The notes under the pieces were generated by a model that saw only the letters and a program-made list of their open reading frames with translations, made no database searches and had not been told where the DNA came from. DNA of 24,609 nucleotides from a virus. Taxonomy: Duplodnaviria > Caudoviricetes. The DNA is taken from the IMG/VR virus record IMGVR_UViG_3300016669_000011, positions 1-24,609 of that record. The stretch is one strand, 5' to 3'. Of this stretch, positions 7,806 to 16,558 are shown one piece after another (position 1 is the first letter of the stretch; every line of letters begins with the position of its first letter). A program made the translations under genes and the position numbers.

Positions 7806-8753
7806 ATGGCGGGGTTCGGTGTCACCGTCGATCTCGCCCGCGCCGTCCGCGACGCCCAGCGCGAGTTCGAGGCGTTCGGCCTCGACCGCTTCCCGAGGGC
7901 GGTGCAATTCGCCCTGACCGGCGTCGCCATCGATGCCACGAACACGTTCCGCGACCGCGTCCCCGAGATCTTCCACGGGCCGAACAAGCTCACCCGCGAC
8001 GCCCTGCGCTACAACGTCGACAAGGACCTGCTCGGGCGCGTCACCAGCGTCGACGAGGCCAAGGCCGACGTGTTCGTCCTGCCGCTGCAGAGCTCGTGGC
8101 TCAAGTATGCCTTCGGCGACGGCGAGAACGTGCGCCAGCCGGGCGACGTCGGCATCGAGGCGTATTTCGGCGACCAGAACTCGATCCGCGTGCCGGTCGG
8201 GCAGAACCTGTCCAGCACCTTCGGCATCCGAACGCGCGGCAAGGACAAGATCGCCGGTTCTGACGCCAGGCGGATCGCCGCCATGGCCGCCGCCGGCTAC
8301 AAGTCCAGCGGCAACTTCGGCCCCGGCGGCTGGGGCGTCTTCGAGGTCAAGCCCGGCGACAAGGCGATGAACCGCGGCTTCATCAGCGGGGCCGGCATCT
8401 ACGCCAGGCCGCCCCGCGCCGTAGTCACCGAGGCCAGGTCGAGGGTGCGCGACAAGCTGGATCGCACGCGCGTGCGCAAGAAGGACAGGCGCAACGTCGA
8501 GAACCGCTACAGCCTCACCAGCGCCCCGACCACGAGCTTCACCGCCGCCGGCGGCCGAACCGTCGAGGTGCCCAAGGTCGTCAATCAGGGCGTGCCCCGC
8601 ATGCTATTCCTGTCCACCGGCGCCGCCCGCTACAAGCCCGTTGCGCAGGGCGCGTGGCTCGATGCCATGACGAAGGCGGCCGAAACCATGCCGGACCGGC
8701 TCGCCCGCGAGCTCACCGACCGCCTGTCTCACAAGGCATCGAAGGGGCGATGA
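7806..8753 (+). CDS. Phage protein, probable neck/tail-completion protein
   Basis: 315 aa with coding-like codon usage. AVQFALTGVAIDA...IFHGPNKLTRDA resembles the 'A.ALT..A....FDRPT.FT' neck-type phage family; basic C-terminal half. Confidence 0.5.
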   Translation: MAGFGVTVDLARAVRDAQREFEAFGLDRFPRAVQFALTGVAIDATNTFRDRVPEIFHGPNKLTRDALRYNVDKDLLGRVTSVDEAKADVFVLPLQSSWLKYAFGDGENVRQPGDVGIEAYFGDQNSIRVPVGQNLSSTFGIRTRGKDKIAGSDARRIAAMAAAGYKSSGNFGPGGWGVFEVKPGDKAMNRGFISGAGIYARPPRAVVTEARSRVRDKLDRTRVRKKDRRNVENRYSLTSAPTTSFTAAGGRTVEVPKVVNQGVPRMLFLSTGAARYKPVAQGAWLDAMTKAAETMPDRLARELTDRLSHKASKGR

Positions 8754-9067
8754 CCATGCGTACGCAGTTCCGACGCGTCGATTGCGTCTTCATGCCGGGC
8801 GGCTCCATGGTCTTGGAGTACGTCCCGCTCGACGAGTTGACCGAGGCGTTCGAGGTCGCCGTTGTGAGGTCTGGCCTCTCGCTGGCCTCGATGCCGGTCG
8901 TCCAGGCGCAAGCCGACATGGTCGGGTACGCCTTGATCTGCAGGGACAGCCAGTGGGGCACGGTCCTCACCGCAGACGCCGCCCGCGATGCCCTTGCGCG
9001 TGCCCTGCGCAGGCTCGGCCTCGAACCGGTCGCCGAGCCGCCCCGCGGCGGACGGGTGCTGCAGTGA
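8750..9067 (+). CDS. Hypothetical protein
   Basis: ATGA overlap with the upstream stop at 8750-8753; 105 aa. Confidence 0.65.
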   Translation: MTMRTQFRRVDCVFMPGGSMVLEYVPLDELTEAFEVAVVRSGLSLASMPVVQAQADMVGYALICRDSQWGTVLTADAARDALARALRRLGLEPVAEPPRGGRVLQ

Positions 9068-9192
9068 CCCCCGAGGAGCTGGCCCACCGCGAGCGCCGGG
9101 CGTCCGAGGCCATACGGGTCGCGATCATCGTCACGGTCGCCGTCAACCTGGCGCTCCTCGCGTCCATCGCACGCCAGCTCGGCATGTGGTGA
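9064..9192 (+). CDS. Small single-pass membrane protein
   Basis: GTGA overlap; 42 aa containing IRVAIIVTVAVNLALLASIA. Confidence 0.55.
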   Translation: MTPEELAHRERRASEAIRVAIIVTVAVNLALLASIARQLGMW

Positions 9193-9433
9193 TGCGCGCG
9201 CGTGCGTACGTGCGCACCTCTGCGCACACGAGTGTTAACGAACCCCAATCGTGGGATGTGGCATGCCAAGAACCACAGGCTCGCATGCACGCGTGGTGCT
9301 ATCCTGTTCGCGTGGGCCAGCCGAGGGGGCGGGGCACGGGGGGGCAGTGGGGTAGAGGCATGGGGCGCGGGGGCGGCGAGCGGGGCGCGACGGCCCGGCC
9401 GACGGGCGTTCGAGGGGGCCTACCCCCTTGGCG

Positions 9434-9512
9434 GGGTCCCCTGGAGCCCTCGAAACGTGCGGGGTTGCGTTAGCGGTCCACCCCCTCTCCCGTTGCAAAA
9501 AATCCTGAAAAA
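9434..9512 (+). other. Candidate cos packaging site (cosQ-like, cosN-like, A-tracts)
   Basis: GGGTCCC (9434-9440; lambda cosQ is GGGTCCT). 21 nt later CG|GGGTTGCGTTAG|CG (12-mer at 9462-9473; lambda is CG|GGGCGGCGACCT|CG). Then A-tracts. Lies about 200 nt upstream of terS. Confidence 0.55.
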
Positions 9513-9621
9513 CGGGCCGAGGGAAGCAGCAGGGTCGCGCGCGCGTACGCGCATCTCTGCCCGGCGACCGATTCGCGCCCCGTAGCCTGCTCTCCGGACC
9601 CCCTCGACCTGCTCCCGGCGC

Positions 9622-9647
9622 GCGCTTCGCTCGTATCTTTTACACGC
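9622..9647 (+). promoter_or_regulatory. Late-module motif copy 1 (GCGCTTCGCTCGTATCTTTTACACGC)
   Basis: 22-bp core identical in four intergenic copies; ends 22 nt before the terS ATG. Confidence 0.8.
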
Positions 9648-9669
9648 CGCCCCGCCTGGACTCGGGGTC

Positions 9670-10335
9670 ATGGCACGCTCAGCCCCCAAGCCCGCCGAGG
9701 CCGTCACCCCGGCCGCAGGCCTGCGCCGCACGAAGGTCCCCGCGGGGGACGTCGGCAAGTCCGTCCGGGTCGTCTCCGCCGCGCAGTTCGCCGAGATGAT
9801 CGCCGTCTCCCGGAACACGGTGACCAAGTGGATCCGGGACGGCATGCCCCACGAGGGCGACGAGAAGGCCTATCGCATCGACATGGGGAAGGCCGTCCGG
9901 TGGCTCCAGGAGCGGGCCGCGATTGAGGCCCGCGAGGAGGCCGGCGGCGAGGAGCCGGCCGCCTTCAAGCCCCTCGACGGCGGCGAGGACTTCGAGATGG
10001 CCAAGACCCGCCGGGCCCGGGCCGACGCCGACACCGCCGAGAGCACGGCCGCCATGAAGGCGATCGAGGAGGCCAAGGAGAAGGGCCTCGTCGCCCCGAT
10101 CGGGATCATGCTGGACATGGTCCGCCGGGAGTACAGCGACCTCGCCGTGGCCCTGGCCGAGGTCGGTCCCCACGTCGAGCTGCGCATGCGGGGCGACACC
10201 CCGGAGCGGATCGGCAAGGAGGTCGACCGCCTGATCCGCAAGGCGCTCGCGGAGAAGCTCAAGGGGCAGGTCCACCGGCACACGGCCCCCTATCCCGAGC
10301 CCCCCGCGACCGAGGCGGCCCATGAAGCCGCGTGA
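9670..10335 (+). CDS. Terminase small subunit (Nu1-like)
   Basis: Winged-HTH motif SAAQFAEMIAVSRNTVTKWIRDGMP, coiled segment and KGLVAP; directly upstream of terL. Confidence 0.85.
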   Translation: MARSAPKPAEAVTPAAGLRRTKVPAGDVGKSVRVVSAAQFAEMIAVSRNTVTKWIRDGMPHEGDEKAYRIDMGKAVRWLQERAAIEAREEAGGEEPAAFKPLDGGEDFEMAKTRRARADADTAESTAAMKAIEEAKEKGLVAPIGIMLDMVRREYSDLAVALAEVGPHVELRMRGDTPERIGKEVDRLIRKALAEKLKGQVHRHTAPYPEPPATEAAHEAA

Positions 10336-12430
10336 GGCGATCGACGGCGCGGCCGCCGAGTACCTCGCCCTCGGCATCGAGGCCTTCCACGACGGCCTGG
10401 TGGGCCTGCGCTCCGTCCTCGACATCCCCGAGGATCTCGACGTCGTCGAGTGGATCGAGCGGCACTTCTACCTCTCGGCCGAGACGACCGGGCAGACCCA
10501 GCTGGCCAAGCTGTTCGGCTACCAGCGCGGCATGGCCCGGGAGATGTGCAACCCCGAGGTCGAGGAGTGGTACGGGCCCAAGTCGACCCGCACCGGCGTG
10601 ACCCAGATCGGCGCCATGGTCGCCGCCTACCAGGTCCGCCACAAGCACACCCAGTGCATGATGGTCCAGCCGACCGAGCAGAAGGCCCAGGAATTCGCCA
10701 ACGATTACTGGACCCCGGCCTTCCGTGACTCGCCGATGCTGGCCGAGATCGTCCGGAAGCCGATCAAGGGCGAGCGGCTCGATACCTGGGACACCCGCCT
10801 CTACTCGAACGGCGGGATGATGCGCCTCGGATGGGCGATGTCCGACGGCACGTTCCGCGGCCGTACCGCCCAGATCCTGATGGGCGACGAGGTCGACGAC
10901 GACGGTTGGATGCCCTCCGGCGAGAAGAGCCAGGGCGACAAGTTCAAGCTGTTCAAGGACCGCGGCAAGACCCGGCACGGGTCCCGCCTGCTCCTGTGGT
11001 CGTCGCCGCTGCGCCTCCGGACCAGCCGGATCTGGCCGCAGTGGGAGCGCTCCGACAAGCAATACTATTTCGTGCCCTGCCCCCACGAGGGGTGCGGGCA
11101 CATGCAGCGGCTCCAGTGGGGCAGCAAGGACACCCGCTACGGGGTGAAGCCGCACTACGACGACGAGGGGCGGTTCGTGGCCGCCTTCTACATGTGCGAG
11201 GCCTGCGAGCAGCTCATCGAGGACGATCGCAAGACCCGCGAGTGGATGGACGAGCACGGGGAGTGGCGTGCCACCGCCGTCGCCGCTCGCAAGGGCATCC
11301 GCGGCATGCACATCTCTGCCCTCTACAGCATGGCCCCGAACGTCTCGTGGTCGAAGCTCTGGGAGGAGTGGATGGACGCCCAGGGCGACCCGGCCGCCCT
11401 GCAGCACTTCTACAACTCGAACCTCGGCCTGCCCTTCGACGACGTCTCGGCCGAGAAGGGGGCCGACCCCGGATCCTTCGCCGAGATGCGCCCCGAGCCG
11501 TACCGGGCCGAGCTCCCGGCGTGGGTGCGGGCCGTGACGTACGGCGCCGACGTGCAGCGCGGCAAGGACGATCCGGACGCCAAGGACTACCTGCCGCCCC
11601 GCGTCGAGGTCCAGGTGATCGGCTGGGGGGCGCAGGAGGAGAGCGCCGTCATCGGGTACTTCGTCATCCCGGCGACCACGCCGCTCGACCCCGCCTGCGC
11701 CGCGGCGCTCGATGCCCTCAAGGATCGCGTGTGGATCCGGGAGGACGGGCGGAAGATCAAGGCCGTCGCCGGGGCGATGGACTGCTCCTGGATGATGGAG
11801 GAGGTCATCGGGTTCTGCCAGGCTGCGCACCGGGCCCGGTTCTGGACCCCGGTCCGCGGCGAGAACGAGTACGGGGTGCGGCTCGCCCCCTTCATCATCT
11901 CGAAGCCCGGCGTCCACGCCCAGACCGGCAGCCAGTTCACGAAGCTCGGCACCCGCACCGGCAAGAACCTCGTCATGCGGCGCCTGCAGAACGAGACCCC
12001 GGGGCCCGGCCACGTCCACTTCCCGAAGAGCCTCCAGGCGGCCATGCCCGACGGCTACGACTACTTCGAGGGCCTGTTCGCGGAGCGGAGCTACCACGAC
12101 CGCAAGGGCGTCCTCGTCTGGGAGCGGATCTCCAAGGCGAACACCGGCGAGCCGTGGGACACGATGCTCTATGCCCTCGCCGCGCTACGGATCGCGTGCG
12201 GCCGCAACCCGGCCCTGAAGGCGGCCATGATCGACCAGCGGCCCCGCGCCGAGGAGGTCCGCTGGACCGGCGAGGACCGCTCGGCCATGGCGCAGGCCGC
12301 CCTCGACAAGCTCGTGGGCAAGGGCACCGGGGCCCCGATCGCGGCCCCGCTCCCGCGCTCCGCCCCGAAGCCGGTGCGGCGGCAGCCGATGGCGCCGGTG
12401 CGCTCGACGTTCGGCGGCATTCGCCGCTGA
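10322..12430 (+). CDS. Terminase large subunit, lambda gpA family
   Basis: Walker A KSTRTGVT, Walker B ILMGDEVD, WSSP coupling motif, YFVPCPHEGCG..Q.L.W and CEAC, nuclease motifs GADVQ and EPWDTMLYALAA. Confidence 0.93.
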   Translation: MKPREAIDGAAAEYLALGIEAFHDGLVGLRSVLDIPEDLDVVEWIERHFYLSAETTGQTQLAKLFGYQRGMAREMCNPEVEEWYGPKSTRTGVTQIGAMVAAYQVRHKHTQCMMVQPTEQKAQEFANDYWTPAFRDSPMLAEIVRKPIKGERLDTWDTRLYSNGGMMRLGWAMSDGTFRGRTAQILMGDEVDDDGWMPSGEKSQGDKFKLFKDRGKTRHGSRLLLWSSPLRLRTSRIWPQWERSDKQYYFVPCPHEGCGHMQRLQWGSKDTRYGVKPHYDDEGRFVAAFYMCEACEQLIEDDRKTREWMDEHGEWRATAVAARKGIRGMHISALYSMAPNVSWSKLWEEWMDAQGDPAALQHFYNSNLGLPFDDVSAEKGADPGSFAEMRPEPYRAELPAWVRAVTYGADVQRGKDDPDAKDYLPPRVEVQVIGWGAQEESAVIGYFVIPATTPLDPACAAALDALKDRVWIREDGRKIKAVAGAMDCSWMMEEVIGFCQAAHRARFWTPVRGENEYGVRLAPFIISKPGVHAQTGSQFTKLGTRTGKNLVMRRLQNETPGPGHVHFPKSLQAAMPDGYDYFEGLFAERSYHDRKGVLVWERISKANTGEPWDTMLYALAALRIACGRNPALKAAMIDQRPRAEEVRWTGEDRSAMAQAALDKLVGKGTGAPIAAPLPRSAPKPVRRQPMAPVRSTFGGIRR

Positions 12431-12433
12431 TCG

Positions 12434-12459
12434 GCGTTTCGCTCGTATCTTTTACACGC
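12434..12459 (+). promoter_or_regulatory. Late-module motif copy 2
   Basis: GCGTTTCGCTCGTATCTTTTACACGC just after the terL stop, 37 nt before GTG 12497. Confidence 0.8.
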
Positions 12460-12496
12460 GGGCCGGGGGGACCGTGGGGGCCTTAGGAGCCCCCGC

Positions 12497-12790
12497 GTGA
12501 CGCTACCCATCGGCTACACCCGCGGCGAGAAGCGCGTCCAGTTCCTCCGCGAGGCCATCGAGGCCATCGAGGACGGGCTCGCGACGGCCGCGGGGCGGAT
12601 CAGCTACCCGAACGCCGGCGAGATGGACACGCTCAGCCGGGCGGACGCCATCGCGCGCCTGCGGCTGCTCTACGCGACGTACGCCCAGGTCACGAACGAT
12701 CCCGTCCTGGCGCGTGAGGCCAGCACCGGGGCCACCCTGATCAGGGTGATCTCCGGGCGCGGCTACCGTGGCGGCGGGGGCATCTACTGA
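12497..12790 (+). CDS. Head completion/head-tail joining protein (gpW-like)
   Basis: 97 aa between terL and portal; helix-hairpin-helix pattern LREAIEAIEDGLATAAGRISY; AGGAG SD; TGATG coupling to the portal. Confidence 0.65.
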   Translation: MTLPIGYTRGEKRVQFLREAIEAIEDGLATAAGRISYPNAGEMDTLSRADAIARLRLLYATYAQVTNDPVLAREASTGATLIRVISGRGYRGGGGIY

Positions 12791-14580
12791 TGGCCACCTC
12801 CCGCCAGCACCGCGTCGCCAAGGCTACAGGCATCGCCCCGCCGCCCCCGGCCCCGCGGGCCCCGTCCGAGGCCCAGCCCAAGCCCTCGATCTTCAAGACC
12901 GCGGCGCGCAAGCTCGCCCGCCTCGTCGGACCGGTGGCCCGCTCCGAGTTCTACTGGCAGTCGCAGGCAATCAACCAACCCTTCGAGGCGCTGGACCCGC
13001 AGCAGAAGCTGCCCAGGCCGCCGAACGTCGGTCCGAACCAGACCATCCAGTCCGCGCCGATCTTCCTCGGCATGGCCCGGAAGCTGTACCGCGACGACGC
13101 CAAGGTCCGGAAAGGCCTGCGCTCGATCGCCGGCAAGGTCGTCGGCAAGGGCCCCCTGCCGTGCCCGCGCTTCCCCGAGCTGCAGGAGATCATCCGCGCG
13201 TGGCTGCCGCAGGCCGACGCGCGGGGCCGGGATTCGTGGGCTGGCCTGCTCAAGCGGATCTACCTCACCGAGCGCGTCGACGGCGAGCTCGTCATCCGCC
13301 TGCGCCGCCGGTTCATGTCCGACGGCCTGGTGCTGCCCCTGCAGCTGCAGCTCCTGGAGACCGACCACCTCCCGGTGACGTGGACGTGGCCGATCGGCGC
13401 CAAGGGCCCGAACCGGATCGTCCAGGCCATCGAGCTCGACGCCCTCGACCGGCCGGCCGCCTACTGGCTCTACCGCATCCACCCGCATGACTGGGTGATG
13501 CAGGCGACCGATCCGCAGAACGCCTCGCAGGCCATGATCCCGGAGCGGATCCCGGCGAGCGAGATCCTGCACTTCGCCAACCCGCTGCGCGCGTCCTCGC
13601 TGCGCGCCGACTCGACCATCATCCCGATGCTGGTCACGGCGCACAACCTCAACAGCTGGGACCAGGCCGAGCAGGCCCGCAAGCTCGTGGGGGCCCTGTT
13701 CGCCGGCTACATCAAGCGCCTGCCGGGCGAACAGGGCGGCAACGTCATCGGCGAGGAGGAGGATCCGGACGCCGTCGACCGGGCGATCAAGCAGCTCGTC
13801 CTGGAGCCGGGCATCCTCGCCGAGCTCCCCGCCGGCATGGACATCGAGTGGTCCAACCCGCCGGACACGGGCCAGTCCTTCGAGCCCTACACCCGCTGGA
13901 AGCACATGTATTTGGCGTCGTGCTGCGACGTCTCGTACGAGGATTTCACCGGCGACTGGCGCGGCGCGAACGATCGCACGTGGCGCGCCTCCGAGGTCCA
14001 GACCCGGACATTCGTCGACGGCGAGCGCGATCGGATCGAGCGCCAGGTCCTGCAGCCGCTCTACCGGGCGCTGGTCAAGCTCGCGATCGAGATGGGCCTG
14101 TGGGCCCCGCCCCCGGGCACGCCCCCGCACCACATCTTCGATTGCCGCTGGACCTGGCCGGGCAGCAAGAACCCGAACGAGTACCAGGAGTGGAACGCGT
14201 TCGCCCTCGCGGTCCAGAACGGTTTCATGTCGCGCGACGAGGCCATCGAGGCCACCGGCGGCGACCCCGTGGAGGTCGATCGGCGCAACGCCGAGGGGCT
14301 CACCCGGGCGAAGAAGTTCGGGCTCAACTACGCCACCTACCTGCCCCCTGCCGGGGCCCCGGCCGCCGGCATGGGCCACAACGGCGGCCCCGCCCTCGAC
14401 GACGACGAGGAGACCGGGCCCGGCGGCGCCACGGGGCAGGCCGCGCCCGCGACGAATCCGTTCCAGACGATGATCGAGCAGCTCGTCGAGAAGGCCCTGA
14501 TGGACCGGCTCGCGCCGCTCGTCGCCAACGCCGGCGGCGATCAGCAGGTCCCGGCCGACGCCGACGGGGCCTCGGAATGA
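12790..14580 (+). CDS. Portal protein, lambda family
   Basis: ARKLYRDD, ERVDGE, LQLQLLETDHL, IELDALDRPAAYWL, IPASEILH, LEPG..AELPAG, SYEDFTGDW and GFMSR match lambda-type portals. Confidence 0.93.
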   Translation: MATSRQHRVAKATGIAPPPPAPRAPSEAQPKPSIFKTAARKLARLVGPVARSEFYWQSQAINQPFEALDPQQKLPRPPNVGPNQTIQSAPIFLGMARKLYRDDAKVRKGLRSIAGKVVGKGPLPCPRFPELQEIIRAWLPQADARGRDSWAGLLKRIYLTERVDGELVIRLRRRFMSDGLVLPLQLQLLETDHLPVTWTWPIGAKGPNRIVQAIELDALDRPAAYWLYRIHPHDWVMQATDPQNASQAMIPERIPASEILHFANPLRASSLRADSTIIPMLVTAHNLNSWDQAEQARKLVGALFAGYIKRLPGEQGGNVIGEEEDPDAVDRAIKQLVLEPGILAELPAGMDIEWSNPPDTGQSFEPYTRWKHMYLASCCDVSYEDFTGDWRGANDRTWRASEVQTRTFVDGERDRIERQVLQPLYRALVKLAIEMGLWAPPPGTPPHHIFDCRWTWPGSKNPNEYQEWNAFALAVQNGFMSRDEAIEATGGDPVEVDRRNAEGLTRAKKFGLNYATYLPPAGAPAAGMGHNGGPALDDDEETGPGGATGQAAPATNPFQTMIEQLVEKALMDRLAPLVANAGGDQQVPADADGASE

Positions 14581-14595
14581 CGTCCCCGATCCCCT

Positions 14596-14621
14596 GCGTT
14601 TCGCTCGTATCTTTTACACGC
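14596..14621 (+). promoter_or_regulatory. Late-module motif copy 3
   Basis: Same 26-mer, 36 nt before GTG 14658. 14593-14640 matches 22146-22193 at 46 of 48 nt. Confidence 0.8.
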
Positions 14622-14657
14622 GCCGCTCGGGATCCTCGCTTTCACGGAGATCCCCTC

Positions 14658-15893
14658 GTGCGTCTGACCCGCTCCCGTCTCGTAATCGCCCGCCCCCAGG
14701 CCCGCGTCGGCTCCGCCGGTGACGTGCGCAGGTTCTGGACGGTTCGTGCCTTCGCGCCGATCACCGGGCAGCCCACCCGCGCCGAGATCGACATCTACGG
14801 CGTCATCGGTGAGGACACGGACGAGTGGACCGGCGAGCAGGTCGGGGTCTCCGCCCAGGCCTTCCTCGACGAGGTCCGCGCGATCGGACCGGTCGACGAG
14901 CTCCAGCTCAATATCAATTCCCCCGGCGGGGACGCCTTCGACGGCAGCGCCATCTACGGCGTGCTCTCGCAGCTCCCCTGCCGCAAGGTGGCGGTCATCC
15001 AGGGCCTCTGCGCCTCGGCCGCCACCGTCATCGCCTCGGCGTGCGACGAGGTCCGGATGAGCGCCAACGCGCTCTACATGATCCACGACCCGTCGACGAT
15101 CGTGGCCGGCAACGCCGCCGACCTGGCGCAGGCCACGGCCATGCTCGGCCAGCTGAAGGCCGCGATGGTCGCGGCCTACTCGGCCAAGAACCAGGCCATG
15201 GACGACGAGGCCATCGAGGCCGCGATGTCGGCCACGACCTGGTACACCGCCGAGGAGGCCAAGGCCGCCGGCTGGGTCGACTCCGTCCTGGAGCCGGTCG
15301 CCGCCACCGCCTTCTCCGGCCTCGACCTGGCGCGGTTCCGCGGCAAGGTGCCCGAGGCCCTCGCCCAGGCCGTCGCCGAGGCCCCGGCCCCGGAGGCCGA
15401 GCCGGCCGCCGTCGAGACGCCCGCCCCCGTCACGCCCGAGCAGGTCGCCGCCACCGTGGCCACCTCGGTCGCAGAGGCCTTCGCCGGCTTCCGCTCCGAG
15501 TTCGTGACGCTGCTCGAAGGCCTGAAGGCCTCCCTGCCGGCCGCCGCCGCGAAGGCCGAGGTCACGCCCACGGCCGCCGTCGTCGAGCCGCCCTCCACCG
15601 CCACCCCCGAGCAGGTCGACGCCGCCTCCCGCGAGGCGCTGCGCGCCATCGCCGAGGAGAACGGCTTGGTCTCCGTCTTCGACAGCTGGGTTCGCGCCGG
15701 TTCGACGACCGCGCAGATCCGGGCGGTCATCAACAACCGGGTCGCGGCCAAGGCCGTGAACGTCTCCTCCGTCCCTGAGCAGCAGCCCCAGCGCGAGGTC
15801 CCGGCCCCTAAGGCCGAGCTGACCCCGAAGGTGGTCGGCAGCTGGTTCGACACCCTCAACGCCGCGACCGCCAAGGCGGCATCGGGAGCCTGA
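14658..15893 (+). CDS. Head maturation protease, ClpP-like, with Ala/Pro/Glu-rich C-terminal scaffold region
   Basis: IDIYGVIG, INSPGGDAFDG, GLCASAA (catalytic Ser), MIHDP (His), TWYTAEEA..AGWVD. GGAG SD at 14646; alternative in-frame ATG at 14577. Confidence 0.9.
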   Translation: MRLTRSRLVIARPQARVGSAGDVRRFWTVRAFAPITGQPTRAEIDIYGVIGEDTDEWTGEQVGVSAQAFLDEVRAIGPVDELQLNINSPGGDAFDGSAIYGVLSQLPCRKVAVIQGLCASAATVIASACDEVRMSANALYMIHDPSTIVAGNAADLAQATAMLGQLKAAMVAAYSAKNQAMDDEAIEAAMSATTWYTAEEAKAAGWVDSVLEPVAATAFSGLDLARFRGKVPEALAQAVAEAPAPEAEPAAVETPAPVTPEQVAATVATSVAEAFAGFRSEFVTLLEGLKASLPAAAAKAEVTPTAAVVEPPSTATPEQVDAASREALRAIAEENGLVSVFDSWVRAGSTTAQIRAVINNRVAAKAVNVSSVPEQQPQREVPAPKAELTPKVVGSWFDTLNAATAKAASGA

Positions 15894-15894
15894 C

Positions 15895-16503
15895 ATGACG
15901 ACCTACACCCGTCGCCGCCGCGAAGGCGTCCACCTCATCTCCGAGGCGCCGTTCACCTACTCCCGCGAGAGCGGCCTGGTCGATCCGGCCGCGGTCGCCC
16001 TGATGCGGCCCGGCAAGCTCGTCCAGAAGGGCCCCAACGGCCTGGTGGTCTACGACGGCACGGCGCTCGCCGGCGTCTGCTACGGCTACCCCGACGGCAT
16101 CGGCGGCATCGCCTACACGGCTCGCAACACCGAGCTCAAGGGCGGCTACCTGGACTTCCGCCAGCCCGGCCCGACCACGGTCACCGGCGCGGCCGGCGCC
16201 GCGATCGCCACCGCCGGCAACCTGTCGATCGACGGCACGGTCATCGCGATCTCCGCGAACGAGACCCTGGCCGCCGTGGCCGCGGCCATCGACGCCGCGG
16301 TGCCCTCGATCACCGCCACGGTCGTCAACGGCAACGCCCTTCAGCTCGTGTCCTCGGTCGGCGGGGACATCGTCATCGCCGGCGACGCCGCGGTGCTGAA
16401 CGAGCTCGGCCTCACGGCCGGGACGACCCACGGCGACACCGTCGAATCCCTCCGCGCGGCCGACGTCGCCGCCCTGGCCGCACAGGGCCAGATCGTCCGC
16501 TGA
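15895..16503 (+). CDS. Head decoration protein (gpD-like) with inserted domain
   Basis: Lies between protease and capsid genes. N-terminal LISEAPFTYSRE and C-terminal LAAQGQIVR are typical of this family; about 70 extra aa at 16216-16425. Confidence 0.75.
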   Translation: MTTYTRRRREGVHLISEAPFTYSRESGLVDPAAVALMRPGKLVQKGPNGLVVYDGTALAGVCYGYPDGIGGIAYTARNTELKGGYLDFRQPGPTTVTGAAGAAIATAGNLSIDGTVIAISANETLAAVAAAIDAAVPSITATVVNGNALQLVSSVGGDIVIAGDAAVLNELGLTAGTTHGDTVESLRAADVAALAAQGQIVR

Positions 16504-16558
16504 TCCCCGAAACCCCGCCGTCGGCCCCCGCCGAGCAGAGCCGCTAGGAACCGCCCCG

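Noticed and set aside
13848-15893. 681-aa ORF as a portal-protease fusion
   Set aside because: The 5' part is an off-frame reading of the portal gene; the portal has its own stop at 14580.
15340-15893. Nested Nu3-like scaffold gene within the protease gene
   Set aside because: Plausible by analogy to lambda, but no convincing internal start with a Shine-Dalgarno sequence is visible.
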